A DNA stretch of 43,029 nucleotides from a virus (lineage: Duplodnaviria > Caudoviricetes), in the IMG/VR virus record IMGVR_UViG_3300020438_000079, positions 1 to 43,029 of that record; one strand, 5' to 3'. This document shows, in pieces, positions 27,701 to 35,553 of this stretch; positions within the stretch are counted from its first letter, which is position 1, and every line of letters starts with the position of its first letter. Made by a program: the position numbers and the translations under genes. The notes beneath the pieces were generated by a model that searched no databases, had not been told where the DNA came from, and saw nothing but the letters and a program-made list of their open reading frames with translations.

Positions 27701-29400
27701 GAACATTTGCTATTAATACAAATGATGAAGAAGTTTTATTTACAGATGTATCTGGTTCTAATAAAGTAGTTGCTGGTTCTAGTAAATTTAAGTTTAATGG
27801 AGATCAACTTGAAATAAGTAATACTGGTAACACTAATTTTATACATCTTACACATGATGCTGGTTTAGAGATATGTAGATCTACTTCTGCTGGTACTGGT
27901 TCTCCTGGTGGTGCATTTATTGATTTTAAGGATAATCCTTCTACTGATGATTATGATTGCCGTATTCAACAGATAACACCAACAGGTGGAACTTATAGTG
28001 GTTCAGTTAGTAGCACATACGGAAAACTTTCTGGTGGATTGTTGTTTTATAGTAAATATCAAGATCCTAGAGCAGTAATAACTGATGAAGGTGTTTTAGG
28101 AGTTGGTGGTAGTGGTGATGTAATGACATCCCGATCTGGTTTTTGTCCTGGTTATCCAAGCACACTTTCAGTACCAAATAATTGGGTAAATGGAGTTACT
28201 AAACCTTACATATTAGATGTAAATGGTAAGGCATTTTTCCGCAGGGAAGACAATAGCGGTGGTGCAGAAGGAGGACAGATAACTCTTGAAGGTTGGTTTG
28301 CTGGATCAGTTAATGAAGGATGGACACTTGATATGTATAGTGGTGCATATTCTAGTCCTGGGAGGAATGATGATGGTGCAGATAGACAAAGATTTAGAAT
28401 TCTTTCAGAAAATACCAAAGTAGCTACTACAAGAGCAGACCAATTATTTTGCATGAATCGTGATGGTGCAATTGCTTTTGCTGGAAATAATTGGCCAGCA
28501 AATGATGATCATGGTGATGAGGATTATGGTGCTGAAGGTGCAGTACTACTGAGTCAAGGAAATAAAAAACCACCTATATGGTCTTTGAGTGGTGGTGGTG
28601 GTGGATCTGGTGGTAGTACTTCACCTGTATTTTCATCACCTCTACAACTTGCACGAGACAATGCAACTGGTGAAGGTGGTGGAATACTGCTTGCAAAGTC
28701 CAATTCAGCAACATTTTCTGCTGCTTGGGAAATTGATGCTAATGGTACTACAAGTACTCCTGATTTTAGAGTTATTGATTCTAGTGCAGCACAAGTAAGA
28801 TTTGGTATCAATTCAGTGGGAGCTCTCTCAATTGGACAATGGGGTAACTATGGACTAACTGGTCAAGTTATAATGTCACGTGGTAGTGGTAATAGGGTTG
28901 AATATTCACATAGACCAACAACCAGTAACTGGTGGGATACAACTAAAGAATCAGTACCTGTAATAGATCAGTCTGGTGTGATGGAGATTGGTAAGTATAT
29001 TGATTTTCATAATAGTAGAACTTCTAGTAGTGATTATAATGCTCGTATAGAGAATGCTGGTAATTTAAGTTTGATTGCGAGGAATTATATACAAAATTAT
29101 TCTGATAGTCGGGTAAAAGATAATTTAGTTGTTATTAGTTCTCCTTTAGATAAAGTTGGAATAGTTACTGGATATACTTTTAATTTTACTAATACTGGTG
29201 AAGAAAATCCTTCTCGTACTGGTGGTGTTATTGCACAAGATGTTGAGAAAATTCTTCCTGAGTTAGTTGAGGAATCTAGTGATGGAATAAAATCTCTTAA
29301 TTATAATGGTATCACTGCATTATTGGTGGAAGCAGTAAAAGAACTTAAAGCAAAAAATACTGCTCTCGAAGCAAGAATTGCTGCACTTGAATCCTCTTGA
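24730..29400 (+). CDS. Tail fibre, 1556 aa, with modular TTY repeats and C-terminal peptidase S74 intramolecular chaperone
   Basis: About 14 modules in the N half, most starting xTTY; SDSRVKDN (29101)...GVIAQDVEKILPELV...LNYNGITALLVEAVKEL plus coiled coil. Confidence 0.88.
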   Translation: MALKVRKNGAWVDIADSSANTTYTLPTFGTANGSSGLRLTGSDSTTDDVNITGANGITVVGNASNNTLTIDGGGAGSNTTYDLEGGGTDGGSFGTGIGKIILVPSTGTNDEVSITAGTNVKIDNTGTGGFTISAASGSGGSSTFLGLTDVDPTTYTGQAGKIVKVNSTPDGLEFDDETTYSLPLTGATGASGIGEATWTLTPSGGGTSDPVKIKAGANISIDASSVASGEFTISASSGTATISDGDYGDITVSSTGSLWRIDNDVIEEKHINAGGTAADDKILVYDSTQATKWKWTDQIGTTYSQEAGASGNNVQLKLKNNNTGVFDNILLTKGAGITFGSVTTEGFTISADPQDGTTYTLPTFGTTNAASGIKLTPDGGAASTTQTINITGTNGISVVGNASNNTLTIDGQNAGSNTTYSQEAGADGANVKLRLKDDTTSTFDDILLTKGFGITFSSVTAEGFTISADTQDGTLYTLPIFGNANGSSGIKLTPDGGTASASQTVNINGTNGITVIGSGTDTLTIDGQNAGSNTTYELPLTGTSSNPAGSTGNGEAIWTLTDNASPANEDPVKIKAGTNISISVDSGNSEFTISASSGTATIADGTYGDIEVGSSGSDWQIRPDTVGISELSATGTSITTKFLRGDNTWAAPTSVTYDLTAEDGDNVTSEKIRLTGGGDEDNVVIAVTGNLAISRSSNTITLNGTGAGSNTTYDLKALDPGVQLEDNSGNKDNINFVGSGGISISRTTLNADGTGTITFNGSGAGTNTTYQLEGGGTDPTNSFGTGTGTINLKTGGSIQDTVTITAGANIKIKKTGTNFNSGFTIDAAEVGSDAFKFKNTGTGTGTGSSNNAVFQLYLVGTSGDADQRITITPGSGIKFSGQGTQTLTIEGEAQAAGTIDVSAPTSQSGPLLFVTGTGTNKTVYGDTALTWNASTDTLNIGANASDKVAINADVSTHIYPSANESFDIGESPTNRWRKLYVKEIAADIIGGTFAINTNDEEVLFTDVSGSNKVVAGSSKFKFNGDQLEISNTGNTNFIHLTHDAGLEICRSTSAGTGSPGGAFIDFKDNPSTDDYDCRIQQITPTGGTYSGSVSSTYGKLSGGLLFYSKYQDPRAVITDEGVLGVGGSGDVMTSRSGFCPGYPSTLSVPNNWVNGVTKPYILDVNGKAFFRREDNSGGAEGGQITLEGWFAGSVNEGWTLDMYSGAYSSPGRNDDGADRQRFRILSENTKVATTRADQLFCMNRDGAIAFAGNNWPANDDHGDEDYGAEGAVLLSQGNKKPPIWSLSGGGGGSGGSTSPVFSSPLQLARDNATGEGGGILLAKSNSATFSAAWEIDANGTTSTPDFRVIDSSAAQVRFGINSVGALSIGQWGNYGLTGQVIMSRGSGNRVEYSHRPTTSNWWDTTKESVPVIDQSGVMEIGKYIDFHNSRTSSSDYNARIENAGNLSLIARNYIQNYSDSRVKDNLVVISSPLDKVGIVTGYTFNFTNTGEENPSRTGGVIAQDVEKILPELVEESSDGIKSLNYNGITALLVEAVKELKAKNTALEARIAALESS
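24787..27225 (+). repeat. Interspersed coding repeat modules in the 1556-aa fibre
   Basis: Identical DNA blocks, e.g. 24904-24945 = 25921-25962, 25945-25989 = 26293-26337, 24949-24978 = 26845-26874, 25354-25377 = 26437-26460, 25432-25455 = 26512-26535. Confidence 0.88.
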
Positions 29401-29425
29401 CATATAAGATCTCGTATGGTATAAT
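29397..29425 (+). promoter_or_regulatory. Perfect sigma70-type (early) promoter with extended -10
   Basis: TTGACA 29397-29402, 17-nt spacer, TG-N-TATAAT with TATAAT at 29420-29425. Confidence 0.9.
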
Positions 29426-29449
29426 ACCAAAAAGTATGAGTGTGTCCTA

Positions 29450-29644
29450 ATGGATGATGATACAGTATTGGGAATTATAATCGATTTATGTTCTCGTAAA
29501 TTCTTATTATTGAGTGAAGAAGGACAGGAAAAAGAAGTGACTTGTGAGGATCCAGATCAGTTTATGAGAGTTTTAAAAGTATGCACTGATAGGTTGGATG
29601 AAGATCAAATTCAGTACGCAGATTTATCAACAAGAGAGGTGTAA
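29450..29644 (+). CDS. Small acidic hypothetical protein (64 aa), resembles a conserved cyanomyovirus family
   Basis: Own strong promoter; fills the intergenic gap; IDLCSRKFLLLSEEG...CEDPDQFMRVL pattern. Confidence 0.75.
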   Translation: MDDDTVLGIIIDLCSRKFLLLSEEGQEKEVTCEDPDQFMRVLKVCTDRLDEDQIQYADLSTREV

Positions 29645-29661
29645 GAAATAACTTACTTTTT
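29641..29661 (+). terminator. Weak candidate terminator after the small early gene
   Basis: GTAAG-AAATAA-CTTAC followed by TTTTT; the stem is only 5 bp. Confidence 0.3.
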
Positions 29662-29667
29662 CGGTGA

Positions 29668-29674
29668 CTAAATA
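29668..29674 (+). promoter_or_regulatory. Late promoter CTAAATA
   Basis: Intergenic, 33 nt upstream of ATG 29708. Confidence 0.65.
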
Positions 29675-29707
29675 GAAACATAGAAATATTTTGGCCGATA
29701 TAAGAAG

Positions 29708-32700
29708 ATGCCTCTTAATAGATTAGAGAATTTTATCAAGAACATTGAAGGAAGGATACTTTATGTTAATCCGAATGATCTTGACTCGACAGACAGTATA
29801 AGTAATGATGGTAATTCATTAGCACAACCCTTTAAGACGATTCAGAGGGCACTGATAGAAGCAGCACGATTCTCTTATGTTGGTGGAGATAATAATGATT
29901 ATATTGAAAGAACTACGATATTAATTTATCCTGGTGAACATACGATAGATAATAGACCAGGATATGGAATTAGGGATGCTGGTACTAATACTGCAACTGC
30001 AGTTGCTCCTAATGGTGATACATCTGGTGCTGGTGAAGCACAGACTGAATTTGGATTAACTCTTACATCTAATTTTGATTTAACGCAAGAAGATAATATA
30101 CTTTATAAGTTTAATAGTATAAATGGGGGAGTTGTAGTACCTAGAGGAACTTCCATCGTTGGACTAGATTTAAGAAAGACTAAGATACGTCCAAAATATG
30201 TACCAAATCCATTAGCAACTGAAAAAGCAGCACCTAGAAGTGCTATTTTTAGGGTTACTGGTGCATGTTATTTCTGGCAATTCTCTATTTTTGATGGTTC
30301 TGGACCAGTCTATACTAATCGTGCAGATTTTAATGATGTAGCAGCTCCTACATTTTCTCACCATAAATTAACTTGTTTTGAATATGCTGATGGTGTTAAT
30401 AATGTATCTGGATATGATAGTACTGATCTTGACATGTACTATTATAAATTATCTAATGCTTTTAATGCACAAGCACCTGATAAATCAATTCCAGCTAGTG
30501 ATAAGTATCCTAGAAGCAAATCTGGTTTTGCACCCATGCGACCTGAATTTGAAATTGTTGGTGCATTTTTAAATGACCCTGTTAAAATTTCAGATTTTAT
30601 ATGTGGTGATGGAACAACTTTAAGTAATGTATGTACAGTTACTACTAATATAGATCATAAATTAAATTTAGGAACACCAATAAGAGTTAAGGGAATTGTT
30701 TCTGGTAGTGAAAAGGGTGATAAAATAGCATATAATACTACTGCAATAGTTACTGCTGTTTTAAATTCTACTCAGTTTACATATGTTATAACAGGAGATA
30801 GAACTGGTTTACTTGGTAGTGTTGCGAATGGATTGAATGTTGCTAATGCAACTGTAACTGTTGAAACTGATAATGTTGATGGTGCATCACCATATATCTT
30901 TAACTGTTCTCTACGTTCAGTTTATGGTATGAATGGAATGTGGGCTGATGGTAGTAAAGCAACTGGTTTCCGTTCAATGGTTGTTGCTCAGTTTACTGGT
31001 ATTTCATTACAAAAAGATGATAGAGCATTTGTAAAATATGATAAAGAAACAAGAGAATATAATGGTCTTCCTATTGAGACTCCATTAACTCAAGATATAT
31101 TATCATCAGGATCAGCTGCTGTATCTTCAAAAGATGTATATCATTTAGATTCTGATGCAATTTATAGATCTGGATGGGAAACTTGTCATATTAGAATGAG
31201 TGACAATGCAATTATGCAGATTGTATCTGTGTTTGCTATTGGATATAATAGACATTTTAGTACAGAATCTGGTGGTGATGCATCCATAACCAATGCTAAC
31301 TCCAACTTTGGTCAGATATCATTAAACTCTGATGGATTTAGAAGAGAGGCTTTTGCAAAGGATAATACTTCATATATCACTAATATAATTACTCCAAAAT
31401 CTATATCAATAGTAGAAACTGAGGTAGATTGGTTTAAAGTTGATAATATTAAGACTAAAAATGTAGGTGTATCTAGTCATCTTTATCTTGAAGGATTTAC
31501 AAATCAATCTGATGTTCCACCAACCCTTGTTGGAGGATATCGTGTTGGTGCAAAAGTAGATGATATACTATATGTTCCCATAGGTGCTTGGAAAGAACGT
31601 AAAGACCTTGCTGATCAAGGTGTTAAGCAAGCAGCCATACAGATGGTTGATGGACTTAAACAAGAATTTGTGAGAGATGGTGTTTCAATAGGTAATACTG
31701 TTTCTTATGGAACAAATTCAAGTGTTAAGACCTATAAAGTAACTTCTGGACCTACTAATAGTGTATTAACCATAGGTACTCATGCATTACAAAATGGCGA
31801 ATCAATAAGAATCTTTAGTGATTCTGCTGATTTACCTGAAAATATTAGTCCTCATCAACTTTACTATGCAATTACTAGTACTAAAGATATTACTTTAACT
31901 ACTAGTCAAATTAAATTGGCATCTTCATTTACTGATGCTCAGAATAATGAAGAAATAACAATTTATAAGGGATCTAAATTATCTATTGAAAGTAGAGTAC
32001 ATGATAAAGAATCTGGAGATTTAGGATCACCAATTCAATGGGATGATGATAATAAACAATGGTATATTCATGTCAATAATACAGATAGTTCAGTAACAAC
32101 CACTAATCCTATATTTGATGCAATTGCTGCTGCAGGAGAAACTAGTAAAATATTATTACCTGATGAATATAATGCTTCTTATATAAAAAGAAATCAAGAT
32201 AGTAGATCATTAGATGATAAAATATATAAACTTCGTGTTGTAGTTCCAAAAGAAGTACAAGATGGAAAGAATCCAGAAGAAAGTTTTATAATTCAAGAAT
32301 CTAGTAGCACTGGTGCTAGGTCAAATAATGATTTTAGTCTTACTGGAATAGGAACTGATGATTTTGCATATAAGAGAAATCCAAGATTTATTGGTACTTG
32401 TTCAGTATTAGGTAGTGACTTAGTAACAGTAGTAACAGATCTTCCACATAATTTAAAACTTAATGAAGAAGTTGTTATTAAAAATGTAAAGAGTACAACT
32501 AATGCTACGGGTATTGGTAATTCTGGATATAATGGTATATTTGCTGTCACAGATATTCCAGATACAAAATCCTTTAAATATAAAACTACAGATATTAAAG
32601 GCGATTTCCATAATGTAGGTACATTCTCTAATGATGTAACAGTTAGAAATACTGATCTTCCAAGATTTGAAAGAAGTGATTTATTATCTAATTACTATGT

Positions 32701-35551
32701 TTATAGAAATCAAACTATAACTCCTTATATTGAGAATCAACAGGATGGTATATACCATTTATTTGTATTAAATGCTAGTAATCAAGTATCTAATCAATTT
32801 ACTGATCTTAATTATAGTCAGAATGTAGTTGATCTTTATCCACAATTAGATAGGGATAATAATACTGATAATCCTTCTGCATCTACATCAAAAGCAGTAA
32901 ATAGTCCATTAGGAGATGTCGTTACAAACTATCTAAAAGATAGTTTAACCAGAGAGACTCTTGATAAATTTGTTAAAGATTTTACTGTTACTCCAACAAT
33001 TAGTGGAGTAAGTGATAGTGGAACTTCTGCTACTCTTACCTTTACTAAGGAAACATATCATAATTATTCAGGTATTGCAACAGGATCTATTAGTGTAGCA
33101 GGTGCTAATTATAGCAATGGAACACATCATAACGTAAAATTATTAGGCACAAGTTCTGACCCAACTCCTGGTACAAGTATTTGGCTTGGTGCTACTGCAA
33201 CAATTGTTGTTACTGGTGGTGCAGTGTCTTCTGTAAGTATAACTGATTCTGGTGGTGGTTATTCTTCTGCTAGTTTGTTCTTTGATAGAACTGCAATTGG
33301 ATCAGGTGATGGTACTGCAAGATATAGTGTTACTGCTGATGGAATTTCTAGTAATGTTGGAGATACAGTTCAGGTAACTGGTATAGGAACAGAACCTGAT
33401 GGGTATTATAGAATTACATCGATCCCCAATAATACACAAATAGCTATTGCAAAAACTGCTGGAGATCACACACCAATTATAGGTCAGTATGTATATAATA
33501 CTGGTCCATCAGTAGTGGCAGTATCAGATGCCCCTGATTATAATTCTGCAACTGGAATTACACAATTTACTATAACTCCTACTGAAACTCCTCATGGATT
33601 ATCTGCTGGAAGTAAATTTAGAGTAGTAGATAAGACTAATAATAATAATCTTGGAGATTTTACTGTTGATAAGTTAGGTAGTGTAGCTGATGCAACAGAT
33701 CCAACTGGGTTTAGTGCAAAAACAGTTGTTCAGTTAGGTACAACTGATCCTTATCAAGTTTATATTTTAAGACATGGAATGTCTGCTAATGATGCAAATT
33801 CTGATAATGTTTCTGAGAGTTTAGGAGCAAGAGGAACAGTAATTTATGACAATGAATCTTTAATTCTTAAAAATGATAATCAAGATATTGCAGGTGGAAA
33901 AAAAGGTCTTGATGACGACTCTTCAATAAGAGTTACATTACCAAGTTCAACTGGAATTGGAACTGTAAGTAGATTCCCATTAGGATCTTATATACAGATT
34001 GGTGATGAGATAATGAGAATTACTACAAATTCCTTATCAGGTTCTGCTAATGATGAAATGTCTGTAATTCGTGGTGCTTTAGGATCCAAGAAGAGACAAC
34101 ATCGTACTAATTCCCAAATTAGAAAGATTAAACCACTTGCTATTGAATTCCATAGACCTTCTATTGCACGTGCATCAGGACATACCTTTGAATACGTTGG
34201 GTTTGGTCCAGGTAACTATTCAACTGGTCTTCCACAAGTTCAGGTTAAATCTTTAACTGAAAGAGAAGAATTCTTATCACAATCGCAAGAAAGATCTGGT
34301 GGTACTGTTATGTACACTGGTATGAATAATAGAGGTGACTTCTTTATTGGTAATAAGAAGATTAATTCTGCAACAGGACAAGAGAGAACATTTGATGCTC
34401 CAATACCAACTACAACTGGTGAAGATCCTGCACGTTTAAGTGTCATCTTTGATGAGGTAATTTGTAAGGAAAGAATTCTGGTTGAAGGTGGTACATCTAA
34501 AAGGATATTATCTCAATTTGATGGTCCTGTTCAGATCGCATCTCTAAAGGTTACTGGTGAAAGTATTTTTGATGGTGCGGTTACCTTTAATGGTAAAGTG
34601 AATTTTGCTGGTAATGATGATATTGCTAAAATCCAAGGTGCTCTTGTAATTGATGATATTAAATTACAAGATGAAGTAAATCTTTGGATAGGTGATGGTT
34701 CTAATTCTGCATCCAATACAATAGGTGATGTTCAAATATACCATGAACCAGATGATAATAACACTTATGTAAATCACTTATCTACTACACCTGGTCATAT
34801 ACAATTTAAACATAGTGGTGCTAATAGACTACAAGTTAATTCTTCTGGTCTAGTTTTAAGTGGTGTTACAACAACTGGTATTTTGACTGCTAGTAATCTG
34901 ATTACTGGTAAAGATGGTGTTTACATTCCTGATAGTAAATACCTTTCGTTCGGTAATTTTGATAATGACGGGTCATCATATAACCCTGATTTCCAAATTT
35001 ACCATAGACCAACTGATGGAACTACTATTTTTGAAAGTCGCAATGCTTCTGGTCATTTATATTTAATGAGTAAAAATAGGGTTGAAATAACTGACGAAAC
35101 TTCTGCTAATGTAGGATTTAGATTTAATAATAGTGGAACTAATAATGAAGTAGAATTATTCTATAATAGTAGTTCAAATTCAACTGCAAAATTAAAAACT
35201 ATTGCAGAAGGTGTTCAAATAAATGGTGAATTGCGAGTAACTGATGACATCACTGCTTTTTATGCAACATCAGATAAAAACTTAAAGGATAATATTACAC
35301 CTATTGAAAATCCTCTTGCTAAGGTTATTTCAATTAGTGGTAATACATTTACTTGGAAGGAAGGAAATTCTCATCAAGGTGAAGATACTGGTGTAGTAGC
35401 ACAAGAAATTGAAGCACTTGGATTACCTGGAATAGTTAAGGAACAAGATTCTGGGCATAAATCTGTTCAATATCATAAGTTGATTCCACTTTTAATTGAG
35501 GCAATCAAGGAACTTAAGTCTGAGGTTGATGAACTAAAAAAAGGTAAGTAA
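29708..35551 (+). CDS. Giant virion spike/fibre protein, 1947 aa: beta-helix core with inserted domains, fibre segment and C-terminal S74 chaperone
   Basis: MPLNRLENF...PFKTIQRALIEAARFSY, PRGTSIVGLDLRKTKIRPKYVP, SPYIFNCS, ASGHTFEYVGFGPGNYSTGLPQ; SDKNLKDNI (35270)...GVVAQEIE...YHKLIPLLIEAIKELK. Confidence 0.82.
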   Translation: MPLNRLENFIKNIEGRILYVNPNDLDSTDSISNDGNSLAQPFKTIQRALIEAARFSYVGGDNNDYIERTTILIYPGEHTIDNRPGYGIRDAGTNTATAVAPNGDTSGAGEAQTEFGLTLTSNFDLTQEDNILYKFNSINGGVVVPRGTSIVGLDLRKTKIRPKYVPNPLATEKAAPRSAIFRVTGACYFWQFSIFDGSGPVYTNRADFNDVAAPTFSHHKLTCFEYADGVNNVSGYDSTDLDMYYYKLSNAFNAQAPDKSIPASDKYPRSKSGFAPMRPEFEIVGAFLNDPVKISDFICGDGTTLSNVCTVTTNIDHKLNLGTPIRVKGIVSGSEKGDKIAYNTTAIVTAVLNSTQFTYVITGDRTGLLGSVANGLNVANATVTVETDNVDGASPYIFNCSLRSVYGMNGMWADGSKATGFRSMVVAQFTGISLQKDDRAFVKYDKETREYNGLPIETPLTQDILSSGSAAVSSKDVYHLDSDAIYRSGWETCHIRMSDNAIMQIVSVFAIGYNRHFSTESGGDASITNANSNFGQISLNSDGFRREAFAKDNTSYITNIITPKSISIVETEVDWFKVDNIKTKNVGVSSHLYLEGFTNQSDVPPTLVGGYRVGAKVDDILYVPIGAWKERKDLADQGVKQAAIQMVDGLKQEFVRDGVSIGNTVSYGTNSSVKTYKVTSGPTNSVLTIGTHALQNGESIRIFSDSADLPENISPHQLYYAITSTKDITLTTSQIKLASSFTDAQNNEEITIYKGSKLSIESRVHDKESGDLGSPIQWDDDNKQWYIHVNNTDSSVTTTNPIFDAIAAAGETSKILLPDEYNASYIKRNQDSRSLDDKIYKLRVVVPKEVQDGKNPEESFIIQESSSTGARSNNDFSLTGIGTDDFAYKRNPRFIGTCSVLGSDLVTVVTDLPHNLKLNEEVVIKNVKSTTNATGIGNSGYNGIFAVTDIPDTKSFKYKTTDIKGDFHNVGTFSNDVTVRNTDLPRFERSDLLSNYYVYRNQTITPYIENQQDGIYHLFVLNASNQVSNQFTDLNYSQNVVDLYPQLDRDNNTDNPSASTSKAVNSPLGDVVTNYLKDSLTRETLDKFVKDFTVTPTISGVSDSGTSATLTFTKETYHNYSGIATGSISVAGANYSNGTHHNVKLLGTSSDPTPGTSIWLGATATIVVTGGAVSSVSITDSGGGYSSASLFFDRTAIGSGDGTARYSVTADGISSNVGDTVQVTGIGTEPDGYYRITSIPNNTQIAIAKTAGDHTPIIGQYVYNTGPSVVAVSDAPDYNSATGITQFTITPTETPHGLSAGSKFRVVDKTNNNNLGDFTVDKLGSVADATDPTGFSAKTVVQLGTTDPYQVYILRHGMSANDANSDNVSESLGARGTVIYDNESLILKNDNQDIAGGKKGLDDDSSIRVTLPSSTGIGTVSRFPLGSYIQIGDEIMRITTNSLSGSANDEMSVIRGALGSKKRQHRTNSQIRKIKPLAIEFHRPSIARASGHTFEYVGFGPGNYSTGLPQVQVKSLTEREEFLSQSQERSGGTVMYTGMNNRGDFFIGNKKINSATGQERTFDAPIPTTTGEDPARLSVIFDEVICKERILVEGGTSKRILSQFDGPVQIASLKVTGESIFDGAVTFNGKVNFAGNDDIAKIQGALVIDDIKLQDEVNLWIGDGSNSASNTIGDVQIYHEPDDNNTYVNHLSTTPGHIQFKHSGANRLQVNSSGLVLSGVTTTGILTASNLITGKDGVYIPDSKYLSFGNFDNDGSSYNPDFQIYHRPTDGTTIFESRNASGHLYLMSKNRVEITDETSANVGFRFNNSGTNNEVELFYNSSSNSTAKLKTIAEGVQINGELRVTDDITAFYATSDKNLKDNITPIENPLAKVISISGNTFTWKEGNSHQGEDTGVVAQEIEALGLPGIVKEQDSGHKSVQYHKLIPLLIEAIKELKSEVDELKKGK

Positions 35552-35553
35552 AT

